A stretch of DNA of 64,000 nt from Acutalibacteraceae bacterium (GTDB lineage: Bacteria; Bacillota; Clostridia; Oscillospirales; Acutalibacteraceae): positions 45,810-109,809 of the forward strand of contig JAZSPQ010000005.1 of NCBI GenBank assembly GCA_045537485.1, given 5' to 3'. The notes under the pieces were generated by a model, which ran no database searches, was not told the DNA's origin, and saw only the letters and a program-made list of their open reading frames with translations. This document shows, piece after piece, positions 57,109 through 64,000 of this stretch. Position numbers and translations under genes: made by a program. Numbering within the stretch: position 1 is the stretch's first letter; the number at the start of each line of letters is the position of its first letter.

Positions 57109-58857
57109 TTATTTGACTCTGAGCCTTTCTACAAGCTCTTTGTCGGGCTTAGTAATAATGGTCCAATATTCGTGATATATGACCATACCAGCCTTGGCTC
57201 CGTTAGGCTTTTTTAGCTGTTTGACTCTGGTGTAATCTACCGGTACCAACGAGGAATCCTTAGCCTTGCTATAGCAAGCGGCAATAACAGCAGCTTGCTC
57301 AATAGACAGGTCGGATATTTCTTTCCCCTCAGCGCAGATTATAACGTGAGAGCCCGGTGTTTTCTGTGTATGAAGCCACATATCGTTTTTCATAGCGGTT
57401 TTAAGCGAAAGTCTGTCATTCTGAACATTGTTTCTGCCCACAAGTATTCTGAAGCCGTCATCACTTCTGAATTCGTAGGGCGGAAGTTCTTTAGGAGGCT
57501 TCTGTTTTTTACCCTTTGTATTTTTAATATATCCGCCGTCGGAAAGCTCAAGTCTGATTGCAGAAATCTCACTGTCGGTATCAGCTCTTGAAAGCTCTTC
57601 AAGCACAGACTCAAGATAAATGATTTCATTTTCACCGTCAGCAATTAAGTCAACAAGCATTTTTTCTGCTACTTGAGCCTTACGGTAGTCCTTGTAATAC
57701 TTTTTCTGATTTTCCTGGGGTGACAAGGCAGGATTACAAGGAATTCTTATAACATTACAGTTATCGTAATAGTTTTCAACCTCGTAAAAAGCTGCGCCCT
57801 TTTCAAGTCTGTGCATATTTGCAACTATAAGCTCACCGTAAAGACGAAGCTCATCTTTATTTTTACATCTTTCAAGCTCAGCCTTCTGCAATGCAATTTT
57901 TCGAGCTGTTCTTTCTATGAGATTGTTTATCAGCTTAATAAGCTCGTGACCTCTGTGATTTATGCGGTTGATTCTGTCACGCTCATAATAAAAGCTGTCA
58001 AGAAGCTCACTGCAGGTGTCAAACTCCTTGAGCAAAAGCTTATCACCGTACTGCTTAATCGTACAGTGGGATAAATCCTTGGGCTTGCCGTTTAAATCGG
58101 TAAGCATATACACCTTATCGGTGCAGTTAAGATTTTTCTTAATTTTGCCGATTTCAGCCTTCAATGCATCTACAGCTGCCGTGTTCAGTTCACGGACAAA
58201 AACATCTTCCAGAGCTGTTTTTAAAGCGATTTCACGGCTTACAACGGGAGATACACCCTGAAGCGAATTAATAATAGCTGATGAAAGATATTTGTCCTTA
58301 TGAAGCAGGATTCTGTCAGTTATTTCATCAACTGATGATGTTTCAATACACAGCTTATCCTGCTTAGGCGGCAAATTGTATTGGAGACCGGGCAAAACCT
58401 GCCTCACAGATGAGGTAGTGTAATCAACTCTTTTTATTGAATCTATTATTTTATCTCCGTTAAAAAGTATGAGATTTGAATATTTACCCATTATTTCAAT
58501 GCAAAGCGTAAGAGCGATTCTGTCACCGATTTCATTTGTTGCATCAAAATCAATAAATAAAATTCTGTCTGTTTCAAACTGACGAACATCTTTAATAACG
58601 GCACCCTGCAGATATTTTCGCATAAGCATACAAAACATAGGAGGCACCTGAGGATTATCAATGCTGTGATTGGTAAAATGCACCCTGGGACTGTCCGCAC
58701 GCACACAAAGAAGCAGCTTTTTGTTATCGTTTCTGCCTCTTAGGTTTAAAACTATTTCATCTTTTGTGGGCTGATTGACTCTGTCCACTCTGAGTCCGAC
58801 AGCTCCTTCATAAATTTCGTTTCTTACTTTTCTTAAAAAAATACCGTCTAACGCCAT
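57109..58857 (-). CDS. rqcH: NFACT-family ribosome quality control protein (RqcH / fibronectin-binding protein A-like)
   Basis: N-terminus MALDGIFL, a coiled-coil middle section, and a C-terminal DUF814-like region (WLHTQKTPGSHVI). Confidence 0.85.
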   Translation of the reverse strand: MALDGIFLRKVRNEIYEGAVGLRVDRVNQPTKDEIVLNLRGRNDNKKLLLCVRADSPRVHFTNHSIDNPQVPPMFCMLMRKYLQGAVIKDVRQFETDRILFIDFDATNEIGDRIALTLCIEIMGKYSNLILFNGDKIIDSIKRVDYTTSSVRQVLPGLQYNLPPKQDKLCIETSSVDEITDRILLHKDKYLSSAIINSLQGVSPVVSREIALKTALEDVFVRELNTAAVDALKAEIGKIKKNLNCTDKVYMLTDLNGKPKDLSHCTIKQYGDKLLLKEFDTCSELLDSFYYERDRINRINHRGHELIKLINNLIERTARKIALQKAELERCKNKDELRLYGELIVANMHRLEKGAAFYEVENYYDNCNVIRIPCNPALSPQENQKKYYKDYRKAQVAEKMLVDLIADGENEIIYLESVLEELSRADTDSEISAIRLELSDGGYIKNTKGKKQKPPKELPPYEFRSDDGFRILVGRNNVQNDRLSLKTAMKNDMWLHTQKTPGSHVIICAEGKEISDLSIEQAAVIAACYSKAKDSSLVPVDYTRVKQLKKPNGAKAGMVIYHEYWTIITKPDKELVERLRVK

Positions 58858-58866
58858 AATACACCT

Positions 58867-59628
58867 TTAACCAATAAAACTGACGGGATTTGACTGATTT
58901 ATAACCGTGCACTCTATACCGTCAAATTTGTTTGAAATCAAATCCATAAGTCTTGCCATTGCAGGAAATTCCGTTTCAAAATGACCTGCAGAAATAAGCG
59001 TGACACCTCTTTCTTTTGCTTCGAGAAAATGATGATGACTGACATCACCTGTAACATAAGCGTCAGCACCCATTTTTACTGCTTCACCAAAGAAATCCAT
59101 ACCTGCACCGCCGCAAACGGCTACCTTTTTAATTGTATTTCGACTGTCAGCAACTCTACAGACGGTTCCGAGCTTTTCTGCAACAAGTGATGCAAAATCA
59201 CCGGAATATGCCTGCTCGATTTCACCGATTCTCGCCATCGGTACAACACATTCTGCTGAAGGTACACCTGTAGCCTCTTTAATACCGAGTATTTCACAAA
59301 GAACATCGTTAACGCCACCCTGAGCGCAATCAAAGCAAGTGTGAGCAGATATGGCATTTATATCGCTTACTGCAAGCTCATAAGAAAGCTCACCCTTTAA
59401 AAAGCTTGACTTAGGCTTAAAAATTATAGGATGATGAGTAACAATAAGGTCGGCTCCGAAATCTTTTGCTTTTTCAAGTGTTTCGCTTGTTAGATCAAGT
59501 GCAAACGCAATTTTTCTGACCTGTTTTTCACTGTCACCCACCAGTATGCCACAGTTGTCCCAGTCACATTTTGTGTTGTAAGGGGCTATTTTATCTATGT
59601 AATCGGATATATCCTTGACTTTAATCAT
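58867..59628 (-). CDS. Nif3-like dinuclear metal centre protein
   Basis: Motif LIVTHHPIIFKP with a C-terminal GHFETE. Paired with trmK, as yqfN-yqfO are in Bacillus. Confidence 0.9.
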   Translation of the reverse strand: MIKVKDISDYIDKIAPYNTKCDWDNCGILVGDSEKQVRKIAFALDLTSETLEKAKDFGADLIVTHHPIIFKPKSSFLKGELSYELAVSDINAISAHTCFDCAQGGVNDVLCEILGIKEATGVPSAECVVPMARIGEIEQAYSGDFASLVAEKLGTVCRVADSRNTIKKVAVCGGAGMDFFGEAVKMGADAYVTGDVSHHHFLEAKERGVTLISAGHFETEFPAMARLMDLISNKFDGIECTVINQSNPVSFIG

Positions 59629-60316
59629 AATTATCCTCCGTAAGCTTCGTTTTTATTTCAGATATAAGTTCTTCGAGCTTTTCACCGTCTTTGATGCCTG
59701 CTTTTTTCTGCGCAAGAAATTTTTTCTCAAGCGAAAACAGCATTTTTTCTATATATTTTTTTGTAATTTCATCTTTATTTCTTAAGAGTTCGCCAAGATA
59801 ATAGTAACTCCTGTTTCTTTCAGCTGTCTTGCCTGTATAGTGAGCACAAATTGCGCAATAATAATGCTTTCCGTCAGCGGCGGTTCGTTCATCGGTTATT
59901 TCAAAGCCGTTTTTAACAAGGAATTCACGCAAAAATTCAGCATGGGTCATCGGCTGAGCAACAATATTGATTTTATCGTTAAATACCCACGCTGCTCTTT
60001 CGAGAATTTCACTAATGAGAATACCGCCCATACCCGCAATAACAATATCGCTGCAGGAGTTTTCGGGTATATTTCGCAAGCCGTCTGAAAGCATAAGCTG
60101 AACTTTGTCGGTGAGCTCGCACTCAATCAAAGTTTTTCTTGCATTCTCAAGTGGACCCTCTCTCAAATCTGCACCGATACCTGAGGGACAGATACCGTTT
60201 TGTATAAGATAGCAAAGCAGATATGCATGGTCTGTGCCGATATCAGCCGTAACACTCCCCTTTCGTACGAGAGAAGCAACAGCGGAAAGTCTGGAATCAA
60301 GTTTAATTTTACTCAT
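59621..60316 (-). CDS. trmK: tRNA (adenine22-N1)-methyltransferase
   Basis: Motifs DIGTDHAYL and IAGMGG. Confidence 0.85.
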   Translation of the reverse strand: MSKIKLDSRLSAVASLVRKGSVTADIGTDHAYLLCYLIQNGICPSGIGADLREGPLENARKTLIECELTDKVQLMLSDGLRNIPENSCSDIVIAGMGGILISEILERAAWVFNDKINIVAQPMTHAEFLREFLVKNGFEITDERTAADGKHYYCAICAHYTGKTAERNRSYYYLGELLRNKDEITKKYIEKMLFSLEKKFLAQKKAGIKDGEKLEELISEIKTKLTEDNYD

Positions 60317-60367
60317 AGATACCTCTGAATCAGGATCTCTCGCTCATTATGCTTGAGATCCGCGTTG

Positions 60368-60405
60368 TAACACAATAACAGAGCCACCTGTTACAAGGTG
60401 GCTCA
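60368..60405 (-). terminator. intrinsic terminator after the DUF1858 gene
   Basis: GAGCCACCT (60381-60389) pairs with AGGTGGCTC (60397-60405). On the minus strand TGTTATTGTGTT follows. Confidence 0.55.
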
Positions 60406-60418
60406 AAGTTGAATTTGC

Positions 60419-60622
60419 TTATTTTGTAGCAAGATAGCCGTTGATTTTTTCAACAAGAGCATCAACGCTTACACCATGTACGGCACAAGCCTCTTCAACA
60501 GTTTCGCCTCTTGAAGCGGGGCAACCGAGACAGTGCATACCCATTTCAAGGAAGAATACAGCTGTACCGGGCTCCTTATCAAGAATGTCACCGATAAGCA
60601 TATCTTTTGCAATTTCTTTCAT
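60419..60622 (-). CDS. DUF1858 / hybrid-cluster-protein-associated redox disulfide domain protein
   Basis: A 67-aa protein with motif MHCLGCP....ETVEEA..VHG. Confidence 0.75.
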   Translation of the reverse strand: MKEIAKDMLIGDILDKEPGTAVFFLEMGMHCLGCPASRGETVEEACAVHGVSVDALVEKINGYLATK

Positions 60623-60643
60623 AATTATAAACCTACCTTTATA

Positions 60644-61600
60644 TTATTTGCCGAGTTTATTCTTTAACTCGACTGCTGTTTTTGCTTTGTTTGCAATATT
60701 TTCTGCATCAAGACCGTATATCTTAAGAAGCTCAAGAGCAGGACCTGATTTACCGAAGGTATCATTAACACCGAGGCGAACAACGGGTACGGGATATTCT
60801 TCGCAAAGAACCTCTGATACAGCACCGCCAAGACCGCCGATAACACTATGCTCTTCAGCAGTAACGATGGTGCCGGTTTCCTTTGCGGCTTTTACGATAA
60901 TATCCTTATCAAGAGGCTTAATGGTGTAGATGTTAATAACTCTTGCATCAATACCTTCAGCTTTTAAGGTTTCAGCGGCGATAAGAGCCTCATTAACCAT
61001 AAGACCGGTTGCAACAATTGTAACATCCTTGCCGTCTTTAAGCATTACGCCTTTACCGAGTTCAAACTTGTAATCCTCAGCATTGATACGAGGTACGGCA
61101 AGTCTGCCAAAGCGCATATAAACGGGGCCTTCGTGGTCTGCTGCAGCAAAAACTGCCTGCTTTGCCTCAACATCGTCTGCAGGGTTGATAATAACCATAT
61201 TGGGAATGGAGCGCATAAGTGCGATATCCTCACAGCACTGATGGCTTGCTCCGTCTTCACCAACGGATATACCTGCGTGTGTTGCGCCGATTTTAACGTT
61301 AAGATTCGGGTAAGCGATTGAGTTTCTAACCTGCTCAAAAGCTCTGCCTGCGGCAAACATTGCAAAGGATGAAGCGAAAACAGTGTAGCCGGTTGTTGCA
61401 AGACCTGCTGCAATGCCCATCATATTGCCTTCTGCGATACCGCAATCAATAAACTTATCGGGAAATTCTTTTTTGAATGTAATTGTCTTTGTAGCTTTTG
61501 CAAGGTCAGCGTCAAGAACAAGAATATCGTCTCTGTTACCGAGTTCCTTTAAAGCTGCACCGTAAGCATCTCTTGTTGCACATTTGATTACATCAGCCAT
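60644..61600 (-). CDS. transketolase, C-terminal (pyrimidine-binding) subunit
   Basis: Motifs GIAEGNMMG and GASHQCCEDIA. Split transketolase arrangement. Confidence 0.9.
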   Translation of the reverse strand: MADVIKCATRDAYGAALKELGNRDDILVLDADLAKATKTITFKKEFPDKFIDCGIAEGNMMGIAAGLATTGYTVFASSFAMFAAGRAFEQVRNSIAYPNLNVKIGATHAGISVGEDGASHQCCEDIALMRSIPNMVIINPADDVEAKQAVFAAADHEGPVYMRFGRLAVPRINAEDYKFELGKGVMLKDGKDVTIVATGLMVNEALIAAETLKAEGIDARVINIYTIKPLDKDIIVKAAKETGTIVTAEEHSVIGGLGGAVSEVLCEEYPVPVVRLGVNDTFGKSGPALELLKIYGLDAENIANKAKTAVELKNKLGK

Positions 61601-61602
61601 AA

Positions 61603-62445
61603 TTACACCTCCAATTCTGACATAGCCTTATCAAGCTCAGCCATAGCCTGTGCGTACTGTTCGGCATTGGGAGCGGAGCCGTGCCAGTCACACTTATCTT
61701 CCATAAAGGATACGCCCTTACCTTTAACGGATTTAGCAACAATACAGGTGGGCTTACCCTTACATTCGTCAGCTTTTTTGAAAGCTTCATCAATCTGGTC
61801 AAAGCAATGTCCGTTGATTTCGATTACATTCCAGTTGAAGGCTTCAAACTTTTCTTTAATGGGATAAGGTGAGTTTACTTCGTCAAGTGAGCCGTCGATC
61901 TGAAGGTTGTTATAGTCAACAACGGCAACAAGATTATCAAGCTGACGGTTACCTGCAAACATAGCAGCTTCCCAGACCTGACCTTCTTCGATTTCACCGT
62001 CACCGAGAACGGTGTATACCTTGTAATCCTTGCCCTTGAGCTTACCTGCGAGAGCCATACCGCAAGCAACTGAAATGCCCTGACCGAGCGAACCTGTGCT
62101 CATATCAACACCGGGTGTATATCTCATACTGGGATGTCCCTGAAGGATTGAATCGGGCTTTCTGAGGGTTTTGATGAGCTCAACGGGGAAAAATCCTTTA
62201 TGAGCAAGAGCCGCATAAAGTGCAGGTGCTGTATGTCCCTTAGAAAGGACAAATCTGTCTCTGTTTTCGTCATCGGGATTTTTCGGATCAACATTCATTT
62301 TCGCAAAATAGAGATAGGTAACGATATCTGCTATTGAAAGTGAGCCTCCGGGATGACCTGACTTAGCGTTGAATGTGCCTTCAATTACTCCTTTGCGCAC
62401 ATCAACAGCAATTTTTTTGAGTTCAAGTTTCTTGTTTTCTTCCAT
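61603..62445 (-). CDS. transketolase, N-terminal (thiamine-diphosphate-binding) subunit
   Basis: Motifs GHPGGSLS, SKGH and GDGE..EGQVWEA. Confidence 0.9.
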   Translation of the reverse strand: MEENKKLELKKIAVDVRKGVIEGTFNAKSGHPGGSLSIADIVTYLYFAKMNVDPKNPDDENRDRFVLSKGHTAPALYAALAHKGFFPVELIKTLRKPDSILQGHPSMRYTPGVDMSTGSLGQGISVACGMALAGKLKGKDYKVYTVLGDGEIEEGQVWEAAMFAGNRQLDNLVAVVDYNNLQIDGSLDEVNSPYPIKEKFEAFNWNVIEINGHCFDQIDEAFKKADECKGKPTCIVAKSVKGKGVSFMEDKCDWHGSAPNAEQYAQAMAELDKAMSELEV

Positions 62446-62459
62446 AATGTCCTCCTTAT

Positions 62460-63296
62460 TTATTTTGCAAAGTTTTTAATCATATATTCGATCAAATCTG
62501 CTACTGCACCGTTGTTACAGTGGCAGGTCACAAGCTTTGCTATCTTTTTCATACCCTTGGGCGCCTGACCGCAGCAAGCAGGAAAAGCAACACTTTTAAG
62601 CATCTCATAGTCATTGAAATAGTCCCCGATTGCGGCGGTATGCTCTTTTTCAACACCGAGAATTTCAGCGAGCTTTAAAACCGCCTTTCCTTTATTGGTA
62701 TCCTCGTTAACCATTTCATAGCTCCACTGAGAAGAAAACATAAGATTTTCAGTGGTGTTTGACATTTTGAGTATTTGCTTATGCACCAGCTTTAATGCAG
62801 GCGGCAGACCCGTATAGATTACTTTATACCAATTATCCTTAGGTATAGAATCGAACGAGTAAAAATACTTTATGGGAAGCTTAGCATTTATCGCTAAGAT
62901 TCTTGATGATATTGTCGGTCTGAAAATATATACGAACTTATCTGAAATAACCTGAAATGATATTGTCGGAAATTTTTTAATAGTTTTTCTCACCATATCG
63001 ATGCAATGATCATTAAGCGGGCTTGCCCATATCATTTTTTCCTCTGCAAAGTCATATATACCGGCGCCGTTAATTACAATCGCCTTTCCGTCAGGGATAT
63101 CAAGCCTTTTAAAGTGCTTACGCATTGAGTGGGGAGATCTGCCTGACGCAAGAGTGAAATTTCCTCCGTATTCATTTATAAAACTCTGTACTGCATCGTA
63201 ATTTCTCTGAACAAGCTGTCTGCCTTTGTTATTAATTGTGCCGTCAATATCCGATGCAAGAAGCCAATGAGAAAGAGCTTTTCCGTTTTTTGTCAT
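62460..63296 (-). CDS. Cof-type HAD-IIB family hydrolase
   Basis: Motifs ASDIDGT and IGDYFNDYEML. Start set at MTKNGK. Confidence 0.8.
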   Translation of the reverse strand: MTKNGKALSHWLLASDIDGTINNKGRQLVQRNYDAVQSFINEYGGNFTLASGRSPHSMRKHFKRLDIPDGKAIVINGAGIYDFAEEKMIWASPLNDHCIDMVRKTIKKFPTISFQVISDKFVYIFRPTISSRILAINAKLPIKYFYSFDSIPKDNWYKVIYTGLPPALKLVHKQILKMSNTTENLMFSSQWSYEMVNEDTNKGKAVLKLAEILGVEKEHTAAIGDYFNDYEMLKSVAFPACCGQAPKGMKKIAKLVTCHCNNGAVADLIEYMIKNFAK

Positions 63297-63297
63297 T

Positions 63298-64000
63298 CTA
63301 CTTGATCCTCCTGATGAAATCAGTAAAATAATCGGGTAATTCACTTGAAATTTCGATATATTTACCGGTTCTTGGATGTTTAAAGCCTATCAGACCAGCG
63401 TGGAGGCACTGACCTGATAAATATTCAATAACCTTCTTAGGTCCGTAAACAGGGTCGCCGGCAACAGGGTGACCGATATATGACATATGCACTCTTATCT
63501 GATGTGTTCGACCTGTTTCAAGTCTTAATCTCAAATGTGTAAAATCCTTATATTCATCAATTACTTCATAATGTGTAACAGCGTTTTTTGAATTTTTAGT
63601 TGTTACGGTCATTTTTTTACGTTCAGCAGGATGTCTGCCTATTGGTGCATCGACGGTACCTTCTGTGCATTTAAACTTTCCGTAAACGACGCTCTGATAC
63701 TCACGGGTAAAAGAGTGAGCCTTAATCTGATCAGCCAAAGAAATATGCGCAAAATCATTTTTTGCAACAATAAGAAGACCGCTTGTGTCTTTGTCTATAC
63801 GATGTACTATTCCCGGGCGGATAACTCCGTTTATCCCGGAAAGACTTCCCTTGCAGTGATAAAGAAGTGCGTTTACAAGTGTTCCTTCATAATTACCTGC
63901 GGCAGGATGAACTACCATACCCTTGCTTTTGTTGATAACGAGCAAGTCATCATCCTCGTATCTTATATCAAGAGGAATATTCTCAGCCAAAACCTCAAGC
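63298..64000 (-). CDS. rluD: RluA/RluD-family 23S rRNA pseudouridine synthase, N-terminus beyond the window edge
   Basis: Motifs HRIDKDTSGLL and GRTHQIRVH. The frame stays open to base 64000. Confidence 0.9.
   Translation of the reverse strand, partial: LEVLAENIPLDIRYEDDDLLVINKSKGMVVHPAAGNYEGTLVNALLYHCKGSLSGINGVIRPGIVHRIDKDTSGLLIVAKNDFAHISLADQIKAHSFTREYQSVVYGKFKCTEGTVDAPIGRHPAERKKMTVTTKNSKNAVTHYEVIDEYKDFTHLRLRLETGRTHQIRVHMSYIGHPVAGDPVYGPKKVIEYLSGQCLHAGLIGFKHPRTGKYIEISSELPDYFTDFIRRIK

Noticed and set aside
1-64000. CRISPR arrays, tandem repeat arrays, rRNA/tRNA genes, insertion sequences, toxin-antitoxin pairs and known defence-system gene sets.
   Set aside because: Reading through the intergenic regions of about 80 bp or more (25.7, 27.5, 29.6, 31.0, 33.5, 38.6, 40.8, 46.6, 51.5, 53.5 and 60.4 kb) showed no spaced direct repeats, no cloverleaf-like structures and no transposase or integrase beyond the single Xer-like gene. 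All large ORFs have housekeeping assignments. A covariance-model scan (Infernal/Rfam, tRNAscan) would be the decisive check that I cannot run.

Overview
This 64-kb window looks like core chromosome from a spore-forming, Clostridia-class Firmicute. The class is inferred from gene content: spoVM, spoIIM, gerW/ytfJ, remA, split transketolase and scpAB. All calls rest on reading the supplied ORF translations and the DNA for family motifs, Shine-Dalgarno (SD) sites, hairpins and repeats; no database search was run. I call about 65 protein-coding genes at roughly 90% coding density. I see no rRNA, tRNA, CRISPR array, transposase or phage module.

Main blocks:
- 0.6-12.9 kb: a phosphohexose mutase, a membrane-anchored repeat protein plus an OmpR/histidine-kinase pair, DUF1385-prmC, scpA-scpB, ytfI/ytfJ-like sporulation genes, a D-Ala-D-Ala carboxypeptidase and rluB.
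- 13-26 kb: a cluster collinear with the B. subtilis yloC-to-spoVM region (yicC, remA, gmk, rpoZ, priA, def, fmt, rsmB, rlmN, PP2C phosphatase, PASTA kinase, rsgA). It ends in two micro-ORFs absent from the ORF track, one of which I read as SpoVM.
- 26-33 kb: ttcA-like gene, a TetR/membrane/HD/HAD operon, a NUDIX fusion protein and an ABC-F ATPase.
- 33-38.5 kb: a tyrosine recombinase, spoIIM, yajC, tgt and queA.
- 38.7-46.5 kb: asd, dapA, a PHP phosphatase, a YfcC-type carrier and a GH13 glucosidase with a GPH transporter.
- 46.6-64 kb: uvrA, uvrB, radC, pfkA, dnaE, rqcH, nif3, trmK, split transketolase, a HAD hydrolase and rluD.

I found no large novel multi-gene system such as a defence island. 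The most unusual structure is a 408-bp, roughly 76% A+T, ORF-free segment at 33.3-33.8 kb. It is bracketed by a 16-bp inverted repeat, its left end forms a recombinase-core-like palindrome, and it abuts the tyrosine recombinase gene. I treat it as a candidate invertible or excisable switch, or an autoregulatory site set. Secondary leads are the rsgA-downstream micro-operon, two perfect palindromes upstream of the sugar transporter operon, a degenerate pyrophosphatase-like/NUDIX fusion, and several terminator or antisense arrangements.
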